Shown in pieces: positions 27,414-35,123 of a DNA stretch of 64,000 nucleotides (within the stretch, counting starts at the first letter, position 1; each line of letters starts with the position of its first letter). The stretch lies in the IMG/VR virus record IMGVR_UViG_3300031555_001734; one strand, written 5' to 3'. The position numbers were made by a program, and so were the translations under genes. Origin of the DNA: an uncultured virus (IMG/VR IMGVR_UViG_3300031555_001734). Taxonomy: Duplodnaviria; Heunggongvirae; Uroviricota; Caudoviricetes. The notes beneath the pieces were generated by a model. That model had not been told where the DNA came from. It saw only the letters and a list, made by a program, of their open reading frames with translations, and did no database searches.

Positions 27414-28415
27414 GTGCTGACAAGCATCAAAAGCAAATTCAAGCAAAACCCGACTCTCTATTACGCATTGAGCATTGCAGCTTCGTGGGCTGGCGCAGGC
27501 TCTCTTATGAACTCAACCACAATGGCTCAGACGATCGGCGTTATTCCTGCGCTGATCTGGTGCATCTTCAATACGCTGGCATGTATCGTTTTCGGCCTGA
27601 TCATCTGGAAACTGCCAACGGTTCGTGAAGTCATGCGGACTAAAATCTGCAGCTTTATTCTTGCACTGTTCAGTATCTTCCAGATCTGGCTCTGTATGAC
27701 GGCAGTCAACGAAGCCTGGGCAAGCACTTCGTTGGGATCGGTCGGCGGATTGATTCTCACATATGCAGTTACCGTGCTGTTTATTGCAGTCCTGTACAGG
27801 AAAGGTATCATTGCCAATATCATTACAGATGATGGTGGTATGTACCTGATCTACTTCTTGGTGATCGTACTGGCTGGAATCTCCTGGATTACCGCAGGAT
27901 CCAGCTTCGATGGCCTGAGTCTCGGATTGAAAGCGTCCAATATGCGGGAAGGCCTCTACAAAGGACTGCTCCTGCTGCCCGGCCCGTTTACGTACCCCTA
28001 CTTCTTCAAACTGCTGGATTACAACGACAGCAACGACGACAAGGTGAAGGGATGCAACATCGTCAAAGCCTTCGTCCTTGGTGGCATCGGCTTTGGCGTG
28101 TATCTTGTGTTTGCATTTTCCCTGATTTTCACGACCATTTCTCCGGTACTGAACATCTGCAAAGCTGTTCTGCTCTCCGTATTGGCTGTCTCCTCGCTGT
28201 CTTCGTTCATCTATTCTGAGTTTGCGGTATTCGGCCGGAAGCTTGGTCTGGGCATCAACGTCTTTGCATTGGTGTTCTGGATCGCTGTTGCGCCCCTTGG
28301 TGTTATGGGCGTATGGACACTCATGGCTGAGAGCCGTGTGTACCTGATCCTCGCCATCCTGGTTGCTGCTGTCATAAAGAAAGCGGTCGACAAGCGGAAG
28401 GCGGTGACCATCTGA
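27414..28415 (+). CDS. Polytopic membrane transporter, solute:sodium symporter-like
   Basis: About 10 hydrophobic segments; N-terminal ALSIAASWAGAGSL resembles the SSS TM motif; AAGGAGG SD. Confidence 0.6.
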   Translation: MLTSIKSKFKQNPTLYYALSIAASWAGAGSLMNSTTMAQTIGVIPALIWCIFNTLACIVFGLIIWKLPTVREVMRTKICSFILALFSIFQIWLCMTAVNEAWASTSLGSVGGLILTYAVTVLFIAVLYRKGIIANIITDDGGMYLIYFLVIVLAGISWITAGSSFDGLSLGLKASNMREGLYKGLLLLPGPFTYPYFFKLLDYNDSNDDKVKGCNIVKAFVLGGIGFGVYLVFAFSLIFTTISPVLNICKAVLLSVLAVSSLSSFIYSEFAVFGRKLGLGINVFALVFWIAVAPLGVMGVWTLMAESRVYLILAILVAAVIKKAVDKRKAVTI

Positions 28416-29035
28416 TGGAGATTACGGTAAGGAACCTTTCGGACCTTCGCCTGGCGGAGAAGAATGTCCGAAGACACACAGACAAGCAGATCTCCGAATA
28501 TATCCGTTCCCTGGAAATGTTCGGGCAGATTAAGCCTATCATCGTGGACGAAACCGGCGAAATCATTGCCGGCAACGGTCTGTATCAGGCGTTGGTCCAG
28601 ATGGGCAGAGAGACGTGCGACTGCTATGTTATCTCCGGTCTGACTGCCAACCAAAAACGAAAGCTGATGCTGGCAGATAACCGTGTGTATGAGCTGGGCG
28701 TAACAGACATGGATGTCTTTGAGAGCATCATAAAGGAGCTCAATGGAGATGTCGACGTGCCCGGATGGGACGAAGATCTCTTGGAGATGATGACTGCCGT
28801 TACCGAGGATATTGACGAGATCGTCAGTGATTATGGTAATTACGATGAAGCTGATGTCAGTAAGATCTCGGAGCGTACCGTTTCTTCTGCTCCTCAGCCG
28901 GTTACAACCGCCCCACAGCCCGCGGTAACACCGGCTCAATCTGCAACCTCACCCACACAAGCGGCGGATGCATCCCCCGCACAGGCCCAACGAGTGATCG
29001 TGTGTCCGAAATGCGGTGAGCGGATATGTCTGTAA
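28415..29035 (+). CDS. ParB N-terminal-domain protein with C-terminal zinc ribbon
   Basis: N.R.H...QI....SL..FG...PIIVDE...IIAGNG...LADNR; CPKCG. Confidence 0.8.
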   Translation: MEITVRNLSDLRLAEKNVRRHTDKQISEYIRSLEMFGQIKPIIVDETGEIIAGNGLYQALVQMGRETCDCYVISGLTANQKRKLMLADNRVYELGVTDMDVFESIIKELNGDVDVPGWDEDLLEMMTAVTEDIDEIVSDYGNYDEADVSKISERTVSSAPQPVTTAPQPAVTPAQSATSPTQAADASPAQAQRVIVCPKCGERICL

Positions 29036-30153
29036 AGAAATTTGAGAGCACAATCAATGTGCTCGATGCGGCGAAGATCCGCATCAAGAATCTGTTTGCC
29101 ACAGGATGCAAAGTATACCTCTCTTTCTCCAGCGGAAAAGACAGCGCGGTTCTTTCTAGTCTGACCTATGACCTGATCATGGCCGGAGAGATAGACCGGA
29201 AACAGCTGACAGTCCTGTTCGTTGATGAGGAAGGGCTATACAAGTCCATGGTAGATGCAGCAATGAGATGGCGAAAACGCTTTTTGAGTATCGGTGTCCC
29301 GTTCCTCTGGCTCTGCTTGCCGTTTAAGCAAGTATCTGTTCTGGATCACCTGTCAGCATCGGAAAGCTGGATTACCTGGGAACCCGGTAAAGAGGATCTT
29401 TGGATCCGGGAGGCGCCACCGTTCGCAATCCGACAGCATCCAATTCTCAACTATCCCGGAGAAATGAACTACCAGACCTTCTGCAAGAAATTGTGTGTGG
29501 ACGGCGTTCAGATGATCGGCCTTCGTACGGCTGAATCCCTGACACGGCTGCAATGCATTTCTCGGTCTGATATGTCGAAGATTCAGCCGGGCGGTGCATT
29601 TTACCCCATCTATGACTGGAAAGACAAAGATGTGTGGCTCTACATCAAAGAGCGTGGCCTTGAATTTCCTGAGATTTACATGCGGCTTTTTGAAGCTGGT
29701 GTCCATCGGAACCAGCTTCGCCTTTGCGCTTTCTTCGGAGACTGCGGAACACAGGGACTCCGATGGATAGCCGAGACGGATAATGAGCTTTGGTCCCGAA
29801 TCGAAAAACGGGAACCGAATGCTTACCTTGTCCTCCTGTACTGGGACAGTGAGATGTTCCGGCGTTCTTCGAGCAAACGCCGTGAGCTGGAGCAGGGTGA
29901 AGAAAAGAAGGACTACTGCGCCCTCTGTAAAGACATCCTCTTCCTGAATCCCGATAAGTACACCATAGCTTCTGACACGAAGAAGAACCTCAAAGCCTGG
30001 CGGAATCTGTTCACCAAAACGTACGGAGTCGCCACGGAAAAGCATTACAAGAAAATGTATGAGGGCCTGCTGTACGGCGATCCCAAAATGCGCATCTTGC
30101 GCATCCTCTGGACTACAATCTTCACGGATTATAACGCCAAAGGAAAGGGGTGA
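29026..30153 (+). CDS. PAPS-reductase-family PP-loop protein (IbrA-like)
   Basis: SFSSGKDS PP-loop, F.DEE, GLR.AES..R, PIYDW...DVW.Y. Confidence 0.85.
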   Translation: MSVKKFESTINVLDAAKIRIKNLFATGCKVYLSFSSGKDSAVLSSLTYDLIMAGEIDRKQLTVLFVDEEGLYKSMVDAAMRWRKRFLSIGVPFLWLCLPFKQVSVLDHLSASESWITWEPGKEDLWIREAPPFAIRQHPILNYPGEMNYQTFCKKLCVDGVQMIGLRTAESLTRLQCISRSDMSKIQPGGAFYPIYDWKDKDVWLYIKERGLEFPEIYMRLFEAGVHRNQLRLCAFFGDCGTQGLRWIAETDNELWSRIEKREPNAYLVLLYWDSEMFRRSSSKRRELEQGEEKKDYCALCKDILFLNPDKYTIASDTKKNLKAWRNLFTKTYGVATEKHYKKMYEGLLYGDPKMRILRILWTTIFTDYNAKGKG

Positions 30154-30159
30154 GACGGT

Positions 30160-30684
30160 ATGGCAAATAACGATCTGTTCTCTCCGCTGGCATCTCTCCA
30201 ATGGGTTGACCGTAGCTTGCTGAAAGCGAACGATTACAACCCCAACAAGGTCAGCGAAGAAAATCTGAAGCTCCTGATCCAATCTATCCTCACCAACGGA
30301 TGGACGCTGCCGATTGTTGTACGTCCGGACTACACGATCATTGATGGCTTCCACCGCTGGACTGTATCCGGCCGTGAGCCCTTGTTCACAAAGCTTGGTG
30401 GAAAGGTGCCCGTGGTTATTGTCGATCATGAGGATGAAGCGGACGATGTATACGGCACGATCACCCATAACCGTGCCCGTGGTACACACTTGCTCGAACC
30501 GATGAAGGCTATTGTCAAGAAACTCATAGATGAGGGAAAGACGGTACCGGAGATCGGAAAGCAGCTCGGTATGAAACCGGAAGAGATCTTCCGGTTATCT
30601 GATTTCACCCGGGACGATTTCCTTGCTATGATGACAAAGGATGTCCAGGGCTATAGCAAAGCTGTAGTGTACCGCAATATCTGA
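30160..30684 (+). CDS. ParB-like protein (IbrB-like)
   Basis: ANDYNPN.V, GWT.PIVV, IIDGFHR, TI.HNRARG.H, C-terminal HTH. Confidence 0.85.
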   Translation: MANNDLFSPLASLQWVDRSLLKANDYNPNKVSEENLKLLIQSILTNGWTLPIVVRPDYTIIDGFHRWTVSGREPLFTKLGGKVPVVIVDHEDEADDVYGTITHNRARGTHLLEPMKAIVKKLIDEGKTVPEIGKQLGMKPEEIFRLSDFTRDDFLAMMTKDVQGYSKAVVYRNI

Positions 30685-30687
30685 TTG

Positions 30688-30717
30688 AAAAGCCGGGTGT
30701 ACCAACATCCGGCTTTT
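30688..30717 (+). terminator. Terminator-like hairpin after the ibrB-like gene
   Basis: aaaagccgggtgt/acatccggctttt stem. Confidence 0.55.
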
Positions 30718-30721
30718 ATAT

Positions 30722-30833
30722 GCCCTCTTAGCTCAGTTGGTAGAGCGGTGGAGATGAAGGAACCGGAAACGGTGGCCGATAACGGCGTTATCCACTCCGC
30801 AGGAAGTTGGTTCGAGTCCAACCGAGGGTGCCA
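30722..30833 (+). ncRNA. tRNA-like RNA with anticodon loop replaced by a 38-nt branched insert
   Basis: Acceptor GCCCTCT/CGAGGGT-G-CCA, D arm GCTCAGTTGGTAGAGC, T arm GTTGG-TTCGAGT-CCAAC; stem GTGGA/TCCAC encloses two mini-hairpins. Confidence 0.7.
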
Positions 30834-30942
30834 CCCGACAGTGGTCGGGCATGAGAATCATCTCCTTTCGTTACTGACAGCTCGGAAAGACGAGAAGTGC
30901 CGTGCGGGCATGGGACACTCGCACGGTGCGCCTCTTTCGTAT

Positions 30943-31018
30943 GGCAGATAGGACAAACGGTTAAGTCACGAGGCCCATACCCTCCGAGGCGCAGGTTCGA
31001 CTCCTGCATCTGCTCCCA
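30943..31018 (+). tRNA. tRNA with CAT anticodon (Met/Ile2), atypical C33
   Basis: GGCAGAT/ATCTGCT acceptor, loop CC-CAT-AC, T arm GCAGG-TTCGACT-CCTGC, encoded CCA. Confidence 0.75.
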
Positions 31019-31073
31019 GCTGCGGTCCAGCGCAGCACCTTTTTGGTATGTAGCGTACATCATATCTATCATT

Positions 31074-31149
31074 GGAAGAAATCTGCTGGAACAGCAACGC
31101 AGTCTCCGCTGCAAAGGGTCAGGGTTAAAGTCCCCTCTGGATTTCTCCA
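31074..31149 (+). ncRNA. Degenerate tRNA-like cloverleaf
   Basis: AGAAATCT/GGATTTCT closing stem, three internal hairpins, T-loop-like GGG-TTAAAGT-CCC, ends in CCA. Confidence 0.35.
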
Positions 31150-31186
31150 CAAAGCGGTTCGCCGGTACCGAAAACCGGCATCACAC

Positions 31187-31282
31187 GGAAGATTAGTGTA
31201 ACTGGCTAGCACAGCGGTCTAGAAAACCGACATGGGCGTCAGCGATGGGGCCTTGGGGGTTCGAGTCCTCCATCTTCCGCCA
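31187..31282 (+). tRNA. tRNA-Ser (AGA)
   Basis: GGAAGAT/ATCTTCC acceptor, G73-CCA, long variable region, loop CT-AGA-AA. Confidence 0.8.
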
Positions 31283-31349
31283 AAACCCCTTTTGAGTCAG
31301 GAAACATAGGCAGAGGAGTTTCCGGTTTGCTTTAGAATCTGCCTCACAC

Positions 31350-31441
31350 GGAACAGTAAGCATAACAGGTACTGCGGCTGATTGCTAATCAGTTCGTCGA
31401 TGGATGTCGGCGTGTCGGTTCGAGTCCGGCTTGTTCCGCCA
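31350..31441 (+). tRNA. tRNA-Ser (GCT)
   Basis: GGAACAG/TTGTTCC acceptor, GCTGA-TTGCTAA-TCAGT, long variable arm, G73-CCA. Confidence 0.9.
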
Positions 31442-31513
31442 GCGACCGTGGTGAAGTCGCGCCCACCTTCTTTCTTCTTTATCCCCCACAGCCCCGAGAT
31501 GATCGGGGCACAT

Positions 31514-31589
31514 GGTTCTGTATCTCAGTAGGTAGAGAGCCTGGCTCATAACCGGGAGTACTTCAGTTCGATCCTGAACAGAACCACCA
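31514..31589 (+). tRNA. tRNA-Met/Ile2 (CAT)
   Basis: GGTTCTG/CAGAACC acceptor, CCTGG-CTCATAA-CCGGG, TTCGATC T loop, ACCA. Confidence 0.9.
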
Positions 31590-31620
31590 CACACAACCAA
31601 TGGGAAACGGAGTGAGAATC

Positions 31621-31767
31621 ATGTTTACACCTGATGTAGTTTGGAGCCTTATCCTTTGCGGCATCTGCATAATTCTGCTGATCCATGGTGACAGAAGCAT
31701 GAAGAAGCTGCTCCTGATCGGTGCGCTGCTGCTGATTACATGCGCCAATGTGCAGGGTACGATCTGA
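31621..31767 (+). CDS. 48-aa hydrophobic (2 TM) peptide inside the tRNA cluster
   Basis: GGAG SD; MFTPDVVWSLILCGICIILLIHGDRSMKKLLLIGALLLITCANVQGTI. Confidence 0.5.
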   Translation: MFTPDVVWSLILCGICIILLIHGDRSMKKLLLIGALLLITCANVQGTI

Positions 31768-31846
31768 TACGGACGCACGAAATGTCGCTTCTTTTCAAAA
31801 CAAGCGACGAGGAAAGCAAGCGATAGAAAACAAGCGATACATATAC

Positions 31847-31921
31847 GGAGATGTCGCCAAGAGGTAAGGCAAGGGCCTTTGACTCCCTTACACGGTGGTC
31901 CGAATCCACCCATCTCTGCCA
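31847..31921 (+). tRNA. tRNA-Gln (TTG)
   Basis: GGAGATG/CATCTCT acceptor, Gln-type D arm GCCAAG.GGTAAGGC, loop CT-TTG-AC, variant T loop TCCGAAT, GCCA. Confidence 0.82.
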
Positions 31922-31983
31922 TATCTGCTCTACCATGTTGTAGAGACAGACCAAGGACGAGGTAACGCCTTGTCTTTCTTTAT

Positions 31984-32060
31984 GCCATCATAGCTGCAGC
32001 TGGTAGAGCGGGTGATTTGTAATCATCAGGTCGTCAGTTCGAGTCTGACTGGTGGCTCCA
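31984..32060 (+). tRNA. tRNA-Thr (TGT)
   Basis: GCCATCA/TGGTGGC acceptor, GGTGA-TTTGTAA-TCATC, TTCGAGT, TCCA. Confidence 0.9.
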
Positions 32061-32170
32061 ATATCCCCGTCGTACAAATCCACAAGGGAGTATAACTCAC
32101 CGAAGGACTGGAACCTCTGCAGAGAGCATGTTGCCAATGCCGGCTTTGGAAACCGGCCGGGGATCTATAT

Positions 32171-32246
32171 GCCGTAGTAGCTCAATCGGTAGAGCATCAG
32201 CCTTCCAAGCTGAGGGTCGCGGGTTCGATCCCCGTCTACGGCTCCA
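32171..32246 (+). tRNA. tRNA-Gly (TCC)
   Basis: GCCGTAG/CTACGGC acceptor, TCAGC-CTTCCAA-GCTGA, TTCGATC, TCCA. Confidence 0.92.
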
Positions 32247-32377
32247 ATAAAAATGCACACACTTTCTGATTTGTGTGTACGAATTTTAATCGTTCTGGAC
32301 TGCTATAAAGAGCAAGAGAGTTCACGCCCTTTTCCGTTCAGAGCGAAATAAACACAATCTTTCGATGAGGTGGTGAG

Positions 32378-33166
32378 GTGAGCAACGTCAAGAGTCCTAC
32401 TCCCGATATGGAGAAAGTCAAAAAGCGTGTAATCGCAGAATACCGAAAAGGATCCAAACCGAAGGAGCTTGCGGAGAAGTACGAAGTCAGCGTAAACACC
32501 GTTAAGTCCTGGATAAAGCGGTACAAGGATAAGCACCCGGAAAAAGGTGCATCCGATGCAACTGCACCTCGTAAAGCGGGTGCACCCTTAGGCAACACGA
32601 ATGCGGTGGGTAACTCTGGCGGTGGAGCACCTTACGGAAATACCAATGCCCTGAAACATGGGGGTTACTCGAAGGTATTCTGGGACAGCCTCTCAGAAGA
32701 GGAACAAGAGCTTCGGGTGTCCAAAGAGATGGACGAGGAAGACATGCTCCTTGACGAGATAGATCTGCTCACCATTCGAGAGCGCAGAATCATGAAGCGA
32801 ATCGAGCGTTTCTCCAACGAGTTCAAGAGCGGGCAGACCATCAGCGGAACTGTCCGAAGTGAGAGAATGCGAGCCTTCGCCAATGATGACGAAAAGGCAG
32901 AGTACACCAACCGGATCCAAGAGAAGGTTGAGGCTGGAGAACGGCTTCCTGGCCGTGAGTACAACATGACCACGACAACAGAGGCCACCTACGATATTGT
33001 CCAGCGATTGGAAGAAGCACTCTCCCGCTGCCAGGATCAGAAGCGCAGAGCCATTGAGGCATTGTCCAGGCTGAGAATTGAGCGTGGAGAAACAGGTGGA
33101 TCCAGCGTTGTTGATGACTGGGTAACAGCTGTAATGGAGGCTGACGAAGATGGCCAGGAAGGATAA
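32378..33166 (+). CDS. terS: Terminase small subunit
   Basis: N-terminal HTH (LAEKYEVSVNTVKSW..RY), GAP.GN.NA repeats and NALKHG; directly upstream of TerL. Confidence 0.88.
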   Translation: MSNVKSPTPDMEKVKKRVIAEYRKGSKPKELAEKYEVSVNTVKSWIKRYKDKHPEKGASDATAPRKAGAPLGNTNAVGNSGGGAPYGNTNALKHGGYSKVFWDSLSEEEQELRVSKEMDEEDMLLDEIDLLTIRERRIMKRIERFSNEFKSGQTISGTVRSERMRAFANDDEKAEYTNRIQEKVEAGERLPGREYNMTTTTEATYDIVQRLEEALSRCQDQKRRAIEALSRLRIERGETGGSSVVDDWVTAVMEADEDGQEG

Positions 33167-35123
33167 GAACGATAAGCGTTTAGCCCTCTTTCGCCAGAGG
33201 ATCCCGCTGTACAAGAAGGACATCTCCTTATTTGCACGAGAGCAGCTGCACTTCGACCCGGACGATTGGCAAGAGGCTCTGTTCAAAGACGTTGTAAGCC
33301 ATAACCGAATAACTGTTAAGTCAGGACAGGGCGTTGGCAAGACCGGCTGTGAATCGGTCATTGCTATTTGGTTCCTGTCCTGTTTTCCTTATGCGAAGGT
33401 CATCGCAACTGCACCCACCCGGAGACAGTTACATGACGTGCTCTGGTCGGAGATCGACAAGTGGCGCAGCAAGTCACCAGTTCTCTCCCAAGTCCTGAAA
33501 TGGACAAAAACCTATATCTACATGATCGGCTACGAAAAGCGCTGGTTCGCCACCGCTCGAACTGCCACGAAACCTGAGAATATGCAGGGCTTCCACGAAG
33601 ATAACATGATGTTCATCGTCGATGAGGCATCTGGCGTTCCAGAACCGATCATGGAAGCTATTCTGGGTACCTTGTCCGGCGTGAACAATAAGCTGCTCAT
33701 GTGCGGAAACCCCACGAAGACATCAGGAACTTTCTATGACAGCCATACCGCCGATCGTGCGATATACCGCTGCCATACAGTCAACAGCGAAAACAGCAAG
33801 AGAACCAACAAGGAGAACATAGCGGCTCTGGCCCGGAAGTATGGCCGAGAGTCCAATGTTTTCCGAGTGCGTGTGCTTGGTGAATTTCCGTTGCAGGAAG
33901 ATGATGTGTTCATCCCTCTGTCTCTGATCGAGCAGGCAACAATGCTTGAACCTGATGAAACCGTGTCGAAGATCTCCCTGGGCGTTGACGTTGCCCGGTA
34001 TGGAGATGACGAAACAGTTATTGCATCGAAGGTCGGCGGAAACATTGCGCTGCCAACGATCCGACACGGACAAAACCTGATGAAAACCGTGGGAGACATA
34101 GTGATTCTATACCGGAAACTCATTTCCGAGAATCCGGACTATAAAGGATCCATCGTATGCAACATTGACGATACCGGCCTGGGTGGCGGTGTGACCGACA
34201 GATTGGAAGAGGTCAAGGCAGAGCAGAAGCTCACACGCCTTGAAATCGTCCCGGTCAATGCCAGCGCAGCACCACCAAAGGAAGGATCTGAGCACTATAG
34301 CGACATCACCACCTATATGTGGGCAACTGTCAGAGATCTACTTGAGGCGAGAGCCCTGATCCTGCCGAACGATAACGAGTTGGTTGCTCAGCTGTCTGTA
34401 CGAAAGTACGGCATAGCATCCAGCGGCAAGATCGTGCTGGAAAGCAAAAAGGAGATGAAGAAAAGAGACATCGATTCTCCCGACCGTGCTGATGCCGTTG
34501 CATTGGCCTGCTTCTCCAGGAACAAGATCTATGACAGCTTCGTCGATAACATTCAGACCATCATCATCTCCATTGAGGCGATCAAGGCTATGCGGTTGGA
34601 ACACATCAACATCGGCGTAAGCGTATCCCGTGGATTCAACAAAACAGCTTTCGTGGCAACTGGCGTAGGCCGGAACTACGGAAAGGCAATAGTGCTTGAG
34701 TCAGCGGTTGTCGAGGGAAGCTCGGATACTGATGCTGTGGGCAGAGCCTTCGCAGACTTCGCAAAGAGGATCAATGCGAAATATGGTGCACTCAGCCATG
34801 TGTACTGCGATCCTGAAGAGTATGTGCTTGTGCGAAGCCTGAGAAATGCGGCGAATAACCGTGCCCTCAATGTTACCGTGAGAAATGCCGTTGGTCAGGA
34901 TGTGGGCGAAAGAGTCCTGCTTACCAATAGGCTGATCGCACAGAATCGTCTGTTTATGTCTGGACAGTGCGATTCTCTTACCAAAGCGTTTTCCGGTGCC
35001 ACATGGAGCGATAAGGGCAAGCCTGAAACCAGAGGCGACACGGTAGACGATATAACACGTAATGCCTTTGAGTACACCGTCGAGCGTGACGGTGGCAAAT
35101 ACATCAGGAACGAGGTGCGATAA
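33150..35123 (+). CDS. terL: Terminase large subunit with an extra C-terminal RNase H-like domain
   Basis: Walker A SGQGVGKT, Walker B FIVDEA, GNP, nuclease GVDVAR/IDDTG/SPDRADA, plus about 200 extra aa. Confidence 0.92.
   Translation: MARKDKNDKRLALFRQRIPLYKKDISLFAREQLHFDPDDWQEALFKDVVSHNRITVKSGQGVGKTGCESVIAIWFLSCFPYAKVIATAPTRRQLHDVLWSEIDKWRSKSPVLSQVLKWTKTYIYMIGYEKRWFATARTATKPENMQGFHEDNMMFIVDEASGVPEPIMEAILGTLSGVNNKLLMCGNPTKTSGTFYDSHTADRAIYRCHTVNSENSKRTNKENIAALARKYGRESNVFRVRVLGEFPLQEDDVFIPLSLIEQATMLEPDETVSKISLGVDVARYGDDETVIASKVGGNIALPTIRHGQNLMKTVGDIVILYRKLISENPDYKGSIVCNIDDTGLGGGVTDRLEEVKAEQKLTRLEIVPVNASAAPPKEGSEHYSDITTYMWATVRDLLEARALILPNDNELVAQLSVRKYGIASSGKIVLESKKEMKKRDIDSPDRADAVALACFSRNKIYDSFVDNIQTIIISIEAIKAMRLEHINIGVSVSRGFNKTAFVATGVGRNYGKAIVLESAVVEGSSDTDAVGRAFADFAKRINAKYGALSHVYCDPEEYVLVRSLRNAANNRALNVTVRNAVGQDVGERVLLTNRLIAQNRLFMSGQCDSLTKAFSGATWSDKGKPETRGDTVDDITRNAFEYTVERDGGKYIRNEVR

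Noticed and set aside
30860..30900. Hammerhead ribozyme at ctgacag-ctcggaaagacgag
   Set aside because: Lacks the CUGANGA core and a correctly placed GAAA/stem III; kept only as an unassigned hairpin.
31219..31225. Amber suppressor reading of the CTAGAAA loop
   Set aside because: With the CGGT/ACCG stem the 7-nt loop puts AGA, not CTA, at positions 34-36.
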